DNA from: the human T2T-CHM13v2.0 reference genome, Homo sapiens
DNA: 64,000 nucleotides
Strand: one strand, 5' to 3'
Assembly (NCBI RefSeq): GCF_009914755.1
Contig: NC_060937.1
The notes beneath the pieces are model-generated. The model ran no database searches and was not told the origin of the DNA. It was given only the letters and a program-made list of their open reading frames with translations. This document shows, in pieces, positions 54,880 to 64,000 of this stretch (positions within the stretch are counted from its first letter, which is position 1; the number at the start of each line of letters is the position of its first letter). The translations under genes and the position numbers were made by a program.

Positions 54880-55339
54880 AGTGCTCAAGTAGGAAGTCTT
54901 GACAGCACCATTTGTCATACATAGTTCATCTGAACTTTACCTGGTAATTGCGGTGACCATCTTTGTTAGCTAATTGACTTTATCCATGGGAGGAACAAAC
55001 TTCTTATGTCTTTATGATAGATAGTTTTGCAACTTAGAGCGAGGTGCCCAGCTCACCAAAGTTAGGCTCCCACCCTTCCACAGAAACAGGGAGATAGGGT
55101 TGCTATCTCCCTTGATCTTTACATTTCAAAGGGATGGCTCCCAGATCCTTGAGAAAGAAATTCCTGGGTAATAAAGCTGACAAAAGGCCTACCTACTTTT
55201 CAAAAGAATATATAGATATTGCAAAAGGAGGAGAAAATAGTTACAGGTTTTCTAAAGAAAATGTTCTAAGGGAAAAAAATGTGGGGATAAGTCTCTTCCC
55301 TTATTTTCAATAGGAAAAATTAAACCTCTCATTTTAAAA
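54880..55339 (-). mobile_element. ERV1-class LTR fragment (MER34/MER39-like)
   Basis: tttacatttcaaagggatggctcccagatccttgagaaagaaattcctggg motif; ends ...ataaca. Confidence 0.5.
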
Positions 55340-55548
55340 TTTTAATTGTCTTTATAACATTTACATAGAAATTCTGTCTGTATGTTAAACCTTAATACAA
55401 AGCTTTATAAATGATAAAAATACAATGAGTGTTAAAAAACTTTGAGTCTGCTAAATTATAGTTTGAGGGCCAAATGATGGCTGAGAGCAACTCGCAGTAA
55501 GCACTTCTAAAACACAGCACTTCAATGAATTAAGTAGCTAAAAATAAG

Positions 55549-57360
55549 GTTTACAAATATTTTCTCACATTTCATAGGTTGCCTTCTATGTTGTTGATTG
55601 TTTCCTTTGTCTTGTAGAAGGTTTTTAATTTTATGTAGTTCTACTTCTTTATCTTTGGTTTTGTTGCCTGTGCTTTTGATGTCATATCCAAAAAAATCAT
55701 TGCCAAGAACAATTTCAAGGAGTTTTTGCTATTCTTTATTTTAAGAGTTTAATGGTTTAAGATATTACATTTAAACTTTGAATCTATTATGAGTTAATTT
55801 TTTTAAGATACTGTAAGACAAGGGCTTAATTTCATTCTTTTGCATGCGGATATCTAGTTTTTCCAGCACCATTTGTTGAATAGACATTCCTTTCCCGATT
55901 GTGTATCCCCAACACCCTTGTCAAAGATTAGTTGACCTTATATGTGTGGGTTTATTTCTGGACTCTCTATTCTGTTTCATTGATCTATGTTTCTGTTTTT
56001 ATGACACTACTATACTGTTTTGACTATGTTTGCTTTCTAATATAATTTGAAATCCAACAGTGTGATGCCTCCAGCTTTATTTTTTCAAAATTTCTTTGAC
56101 TATTTAGTTACTTTGTTGTTGTGGTTCCATAATGTTTAGTATATTTTTCTATTTCTATGAAAAATGTCGTTAGAATTTTCATATGGATTGCATTGAATCA
56201 ATAGATTATGCAGTATGGGAATCTTAACAATACTAATTCTTTCAATTCATGTACATGGGATATCTTTCCATATATTTGTGCCTTCTTCATCAGTTTTCAA
56301 TGTACAGATCTTTTACCTCCTTGGTTAAATTCATTAAGTATCATATTCTTTTTCATGGTATTGTAAATAGGATTGTTTTCTTAATTTCTTTTTCAGATAG
56401 TCTGCTGTTAGTGTATGGAAACACAACTGATTTTTGTATGTTAATTTTGTATTATGAAACTTTACCAATTTTTTTTATTACTTCTAACCGTTTTTTGAGT
56501 GGCATCTTTAGGGTTTCTACACATACAGTCATGTCTTCGTCAAACAGAGGCAACTTAAATTCTCCTTTTCATTTTTTATGCTTGCCTACTTGCTCTGGCT
56601 AGGTCTTCTAGTACCATACTGAACAGAACTGATGAGAGTTGGCACCCTTGACTTATTTCTGATGTCAGAAGAAAAATTTTCAGTCTTTCGCTATGATTAT
56701 GATGTTAGCGGTGGGCTTGTTAGCAGTGAACTTTATTAGTGAAGCGGCTACTTGTCTGGAGAATATACCCTGGGGTTCCTCCTTGCGCGCCAGGAAAATT
56801 TAGGACACGGACACACACAAGGAGTTTAGGAGCAGAGGTTTAATAGGCAGAAGAGAAGAGGAAGAGAAACAGCTCTCTCCATAGAGAAAGGGGTCTACAA
56901 GTGGAAAAGGATTGACTGGCAGCAAATGTGCCAGATTTTATAGTCCAGTTTGAGCAGGCGGTGTCTGATTTAGGTAAGGCTCACAGATTGGTATGACTTT
57001 TACATAGTGCAAGGGGAAGGCTGATCGCTCCATCCTAATCTTATTATGCAAATGGGCTTTCCAGGTGATGGAAGCCATCTTGTCTGCTCCTTACTGCACA
57101 CGTGGCTGACAAAGAGAAGGGAAGATGGAGCCTCCATCTTCAACATGATTGGAGCAGCTGCTGATATCTATGTCTGCAGCTCAATTTTGTAGGCTGCTCT
57201 TCGTTAGAAAGGAAGATAATTTGGGGCTGCTTTTCATTAAAATGAAAAGCCTTACCGAAGACTCCCATACCCTTACTATCAGCCTAATTGATTTCTTCTT
57301 AACTTCTATATCATTAGTTCGTGGTACCTTCCTTCTATACCTAATCTATGGAGAGTTTTA
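55549..57360 (-). mobile_element. Inverted 5' segment of an L1MA element (interrupted by an ERV1 LTR)
   Basis: Antisense ORF2 (ttccagcaccatttgttgaatagac, gtgtgatgcctccagctt) abutting the sense 3' segment at 57361. Confidence 0.85.
56740..57313 (-). mobile_element. ERV1-class solo LTR (MER4-group; family not assigned)
   Basis: tg...ca termini with perfect 4-bp TSD ttag at 56736-56739 and 57314-57317; CCAAT (gattgg) and octamer-like atgcaaat. Confidence 0.85.
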
Positions 57361-58320
57361 ATATCCAAAGTATATGTGAAATGTACACAACTTTATAACA
57401 AGTAAACACATAACCTAATTTAAAAATAGACAAATCCTGAATAGGAATTTTTCCAAAGAAGACACACACATGCCCAACAGTCATAAAAAATAGTGCTAAT
57501 CATCACTAATAATCAGAACAATGCAAATCAAAAACACAATGAGATATTACCTCACAGCTGTTAGGATGGCTATTATCAATAAGACAAGTGAATACAAGTG
57601 TTGGCGAGGATGTAAAGAAAAGGGAACCCTTGTACAATGCTGATGGGGATGTAAATTGGTTCAGATATTATGGAAATCAGAATAGAGGCTCCTCACATAA
57701 TTAAAAATAGAACTACCATATTATTTATCACTCCTACTTTTGGGTATGTAGTCAAAGGAAATAAAATCAATACCTCAAGGAGATATCTGCATTCTCATGT
57801 TTATTGCAGCATTATTCATAATAGTCAAGATATACAAATAATCTAAGTGTCCACTGATGGATGAATGGATAAAGAAAAAATGGTACATATATATGAAGGA
57901 ATATTATTTAACCATAATAAAAGAAGTATATCTTGTCATTTGCCACAACATAGATGAACCCAGAGGATATTAGGCTCCATGAAATAAGCAAGACACCAAA
58001 GGAGAAATAACCGCATGATCTCACTTGAAATGTGAGGAATCTTGAAAAGTCAACTCATAAAAGCTGAGGGGAGAAGAATGGTTGTTAGGGCTCAGGAGGG
58101 AGGGGAAAGGGGATATATTGGTCAAAGAATAGGAATTTTCAGTTGTAAGATAAACAAGTTCTGGGGATCTGATGCATAGCATGGGTGGTGATGGATGTGT
58201 TCATTAATCTAATTGTGATAATCATTACACAATGTTTACCTATGTCAAATATTTATATTGTACATCACGAATATATTCAATTTTTATTTGTTAATTAAAT
58301 ATTTCAAAATAATAAAAAAG
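57361..58320 (+). mobile_element. L1MA 3' segment (sense) with 3' UTR and A-rich tail
   Basis: cctcacagctgttaggatggctattatc, aattttcagttgtaagataaacaagttctggggatct, tail aaaataataaaaaag. Confidence 0.85.
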
Positions 58321-58352
58321 AAGTACTGAAGGTGACTGGAGAATCACCTTAG

Positions 58353-58812
<460 letters not shown>

Positions 58813-58947
58813 TGACAAAAATTATATGGGAATCACAACCAAAAATAGTACTGTTTTATACTCAGAGCATTCCCCTATTTACCAGTCTCGTGAGAGTTAG
58901 TTTGTGTCACAGATCTCATGTTGAAGCAGAAGAGGTTGTATTGTTCA

Positions 58948-59166
58948 CAGTGACAAATTCGCCATGAAGCTAATGAATTATTTTCAGGGACCATGGCTTG
59001 AGGAGACACTTTCAAAGGCCCTGCTAGGAACTTCAGCTATGTAATTTCAGGAAACACAAATTTTCATAAAAGTACAAAATTAAGATCTTCTTCTTCTTTT
59101 TTTTATCTAAAGAGATTCCACAAATTGTATACTCTTGAGGCAACTCACAAACTAGATCCATTGTCA
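58948..59166. mobile_element. Probable hAT MITE (family uncertain)
   Basis: cagtgacaaattcgccatgaagctaatgaa and caaattgtatactcttgaggcaactcacaaactagatccattg resemble the ends of small hAT elements. Confidence 0.35.
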
Positions 59167-61049
59167 GATTGCCCCATTACTTTATTTTATTCAATAAGTA
59201 AAGGAACAGCCCAAGTTATATGGAAAATGAGAGGTGAATAAGGAAGCATAGTTTTTTCCTGTTTTAATCTCTTTATTAAAATGAAGCCTTAATCAAAAGA
59301 CAGTGTAATTTTCATAAAACACTGACTAAAATGTTAGCTGTAAGTGTTTTCTCAAGGTTTATTCCAGAGTGCATGAAAGTCAAGAAAAAAAGAAAAGAAA
59401 TGGTTTAAAGTGCTGATTAGAAATGAGAAGCCCTGTAAATGAAAATGGAAGGTTTAATGATTTTTGCCTTAGTTGTTAAACCCCTTATAATGCATATCAT
59501 TAGAAAACGATTTAAATATCTGGTGAAGAGTCACAAGGGGGCAAATTCCAAAGGTGGTTTTGAACTTATTAAAAATGCAGTGAAATCGTAACTCCACATT
59601 ACAATAGCAATTAACTATGGTTAAAAGTGCCCTGAAGAGATGCAATTACTTTTAAATTAATTCTGCAATTTAAGATATATATTTACTGTATTTATTTATC
59701 AGCTAATTGATAAGTTGCCAGTCGAATGAATATGAAAGTCACCAGTATGTAACATAGTGAACATTTTTTATTTATTTGAGGATATTTTATTGCTGGCTCT
59801 TGCAAATAATACTTGTGATGACCATCTTCCTCATTACAGGAAAATGTAATAGTCTTAGAAACTAGATGAGAATAAGGTGGTTACTAGAGGGCATGTTCAT
59901 TTATTGAGTTATTTACATTTATAATAGTTCATCAGAGCAATAATAATTCTTGTTGAAACAAAATAATTATTTTCACATTTTTTAAATAAATTGACTATAG
60001 TTATTTTATAATATTCTGGAAAGACAGGAAATAGAAATTTATAACAAATACTAAACACAGTTATATTTCTAAGTGGCTTTTCCCCAAACTCTATTAACAG
60101 ATTAGAAACATTTCATGATTGTTTAATGGAGGGTGGATTTCTATTAATCAAATCCTATTTTATACCAATTCCCATCATTAAAAGAGAAACCTATTTTGTC
60201 GAAAGGAAGAAATGCCGCTGGAAAGTTTAAATGACAAAATTAAGGGTAGAAAAATTTAAATATGTATTAGAGACAAAATGATAATTATACAGACATTTAA
60301 AAATCTTAATAATAAAACCATTTACAAAATGATTCTCAGGGGAATTATATGCTACAAGATTTGAATTATTTACAGCAGGATTATTTATTTTCACTGATTT
60401 GAAAATTGTAAAGCATGTAATCCTTAACACTTTATCAACTTGGTTAAGTTTTCCACTAGCCTCAAATTGTCTTATTACTTATTACTCTGTACCTTGAGTG
60501 ATATATTGCTCTTTTTTTCCTTCTCCTCTGTCACTTGACATTACTGACCTTTTTTGAAACATCTTCACCTAGTAATATCTATAAATTCTGTCACAGTATT
60601 ATCGAAGAGACACTCTTAAAGTAGAATACAAAAACATTTCAATTATTTGACAATGGAGAAAAAGTTGATGGTTCATGTTTAGCTGAATCACATAAAAGAA
60701 CAGTGTGGTCTGTAAGAGATGACAGTAATAAGTCTCAAAAGGCTTGAAAAAAACCTATAAAAAACCTATAATTTTTCAATTTAAAGGAATAATTACTTAA
60801 GATGAACATCTAATTTAATTCTCAAATTGTTTAAATATATAATTTTCAAGTAACTTTTAAGTTATGTTGGCAGATAAAATCAAAGGAGTTATGAGTTACA
60901 AATCTCAGTCTCTATCACTTTCAAACGTTCTAAGACCTGCAAGACATTATTTTAGAAATTACTTTAACATATATTTCTAAGGGGACACAACAGAGGGAGG
61001 GGGTTTAGGGCATAAAACAGGATTATTTAGTGAAAGTCTACTTAATAAA

Positions 61050-62620
61050 TGGTGAGAACCACCAAGAAAACCAATGTCAATTCTAACACTGGGATATAAA
61101 TGAAAGGATATTACAAAAAAAATCTGAACAGGTTATTTGTGGAACTAAAATGTTGTTAGATTGATATGAAAGTTTACAGGGCCAAGAGGAGTCAAGACCC
61201 ATTATAGAAGAACAAGGTGAGAAGAATTGTTTTATCAGATTTCAAGATATAGTACACAACTATCTCATTAAAATCCTGTAATACTGGCTATATAAAGAAG
61301 TAAATCAATGATACAGAATGAGGAGAAATTAGAAACAGGTTTACTGGCATGAACGCTAGATCCACAATAAAGTTATCTTTACAGCACAAAGGGAAATGAA
61401 TGGACTAATAAAAGAGAATAACTTCATGACATCTGTATAGTGAGAGAAGTTCTAAAATGACAAAAAGGAGAAAACATAAAGAAAATGATTGATAATTATG
61501 AATGCATCAAATCTAAGAACTTCTGCTCATGAAAAAAAAGCATTAAAAAATGTAATGGTAGCAATAAGGTGGCTGAAATGTCACTCACAACAACTGACAA
61601 GGGGCTCATATCCAAACTACATACAGTATCCCTAAAAAGAAATCATTGACAAACACACAACCAATAGTTTAAAAAACAATTCAACTCCTTTCGCTCAATA
61701 TTATTCTTCAATATTCATGTTGTTGCTTGCAATTGGTGTTTTTTTAAATTTTGATTATTTGAATAAACAATAACATAATTATTCATTCTATGGGTGATAG
61801 GTATTTGAATAGTTTTTCCATTTGGGGTAATCCAAAACAATTCTATGAGTATTCTTGAATCATATATTTTGGTGTATATAAGCACATGTTTCTGGAAGGT
61901 ATATAGCTAGAAAAGAATTGCCAGGTCACAGTGTACAGAGATATTTTACCTGACCAACACTGAAGATAAATCATTCTGACACTTGTTAAAATAGTAAGAC
62001 TATTCAAGATGAAAAGTAGCCACTTGCTACTTTTACCTGATATACTTTTTCCTAAGGGCAGACAAAGAACTTAGACATCAAGGCAATGAGAGGGGAAGCT
62101 TGGTCAGATATCAAGGATGATCAGATATCAAAGTTGGTCAGATAGCGACAGTGGCAGGATTCTCGCTAAACTGATTTGCAAGACTCTTGGTAAAGGTAGG
62201 CCAAGGTTGAGGCCTGGTCAAAGAGAACTAGTAGGAGCCTCACCAAATTTTGGTCAAGGACTGTGTAAACAGATAATGTCAACTTTTCCAAACGTGAATA
62301 TATATCAATTAACACTATTCTATAGCAGTGTGTGGAAACTTATTTTGCTCAACAAACTTGCCAACAGTCAAGCTTTTCAGTATTGTGCTTGTGGGTATCT
62401 AATGTTATTTTACTGTGATTCTTTTACTTTTTTGTTTTCTTTTTGTTGATGAATAATGAGAGAGGATACATTTTCATGTTTATGGGCCATTTGGATTTCC
62501 GTTTTTAGAATATGTGGATTTGTTTTCTAACCTATTAGTTGTATGTTTGTCAATGATTTATTTTTAAGGATTCTGTATGTAGTTTCGATATGAGCCCCTT
62601 GTCAGTTGTTGTGAATGACA
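61050..62620. mobile_element. L1ME fragments (sense ~61050-61690; antisense ~61700-61960 and ~62270-62620)
   Basis: catcaaatctaagaacttctgctcatgaaaa; antisense cttgccaacagtc and ttttcatgtttatgggccatttggatttcc. Confidence 0.5.
61961..62267 (-). mobile_element. ERV1-class LTR (MER31/MER67-like)
   Basis: Repeated tcagatatcaagg units, ggattctcgctaaactga, aaattttggtcaagg. Confidence 0.55.
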
Positions 62621-62639
62621 TTTCAGCTACCCCGCTGCT

Positions 62640-62716
62640 AACTTGAGCATCTGTGAATTTTGGTATCTGAGGGGGTCCTGGAACCAATTCCCCACAGATA
62701 TGGAGGGGCAACTCTA
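62640..62716 (+). mobile_element. MER2 (Tigger-family) terminal fragment
   Basis: acttgagcatctgtgaattttggtatctgagggggtcctggaaccaattccccacagata matches the MER2 end. Confidence 0.75.
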
Positions 62717-64000
62717 TTACTCATTAAATTTACTAACTCTGGAAAAATATTTTACTAATTTGTCTTAGATGTTTATTTTCTACAGTGAATCTCATAGTGT
62801 ATTTTTTACATCATGTAAAAAATGTAGCAAACTAATTGCTACAATGCAAACATAAGCTATGAAATTGAGTTATTTTATCTCTGTGTTATATTTGAAATTT
62901 TGCCATTGAATGCTTTATTTTAGTGGCAGTTTAGGTTGTTATATTCATCATGTAAAAAAATGTTTAATGTTTTAAAATGTTTAACTCATTTCTCAAAAAA
63001 AAACTTTGAATGGACAAATTGATATTTTTACTTTTATTACCCTACATCCTCCAAAACTGGTATGGGTTTGAGTGTCCTTTGAAGTTGGCCTTTAGTACTA
63101 TCTTTTATAGTTTGTCCCAGAAGGTGGAGGAATATCTTGAAAATGGGGAACATGCAGATTTTCAAAAAAATTACATGAAGTTCAACACAACAGTTAAAAT
63201 AATTCTAAAGAAACATGGTTTTCTTAAAAATGTATTATTGGAATGATGAACAATACATAATCAAATATAGACTACTGATATTTTACTTGCTTTTAATATA
63301 GATAATATAAATAATTTCACAAAAATTTAAAACAACCTGTAAGAATAATCCTAATTTAAATGTTTCAAAAATTCACCCAGTACACACCAAATTAATGCTT
63401 TTATTAATTTATTATTAGAATAGAACTAATGTATTTAGTAACATTTATATTCAGATTCCAAACATCCGGTAAATCATTCAAATTCCAGGTGTATATCTCA
63501 CATCTATCACTAGATTCTTAGTGTCATACTGTCAAATTCCAAAAGGCAGTCCTTGAATTAAATACTCCAGTTCAAGCTTTAACATAGGAATGAAAGTTGA
63601 TCTAACTTGACAGTTCTCTAGAAATAATCATTCTGACATGTCAAAGATGGTACATGCCTGGATCTCTACATTATTCAAAAATAATGGAATCTAGGGAAAG
63701 GAAAAGAAATGACAGAAAGTCCTACACCCAAGAATTAAATACTTTAAAAGGGGAAAATGGTATAATTTATATGGAGTTAGGTTGGGCATGGGGGATGAGA
63801 CTATAACAGTATATTTCATTATATCTTTTCAACCTTGTTCTCAACTTTTTCCCACATTCATTGAACTTTCAAACTTGGAAGACTGTTGAAAAAGATAGAT
63901 AAGGCAAACTTTTGGCATTTAACAGCAGTAGTCAGTGATATTTTTCGAGGTGAAGTTTTGGTATATAATAAATAACAAGTGTACAAAAATACTAGAAAAA

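Overview
This is AT-rich, CpG-depleted primate (almost certainly human) genomic DNA, either intergenic or deep intronic. I find no credible host protein-coding exon, RNA gene or CRISPR array. The ORFs that resemble proteins are decayed transposon fragments (L1 ORF2, Tigger1 transposase, ERVL gag-pol) or chance ORFs. The window is a layered fossil record of mobile elements: a very old ERVL-class provirus (1-6660) invaded by an LTR12 solo LTR and AluY elements; a long L2; a Tigger1 split by a 5'-inverted L1PA3-like element and an AluS; a second L1PA3-like 3' end; a full-length THE1B with perfect 5-bp TSDs; MLT1A0, MER20, MER5A and MER2; a doubly truncated L1PA with an internal repeat; and an ancient 5'-inverted L1MA carrying an ERV1 solo LTR. 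I see no evidence for a novel biological system. The most interesting signals are mechanistic footprints: twin priming, probable endonuclease-independent L1 insertion, serial slippage in an LTR, possible L1-L1 gene conversion and an int-LTR-int ERVL arrangement. There is also a potentially active LTR12 promoter/enhancer. Family and subfamily calls come from recalled consensus sequences, not database searches, and boundaries of old elements are approximate.
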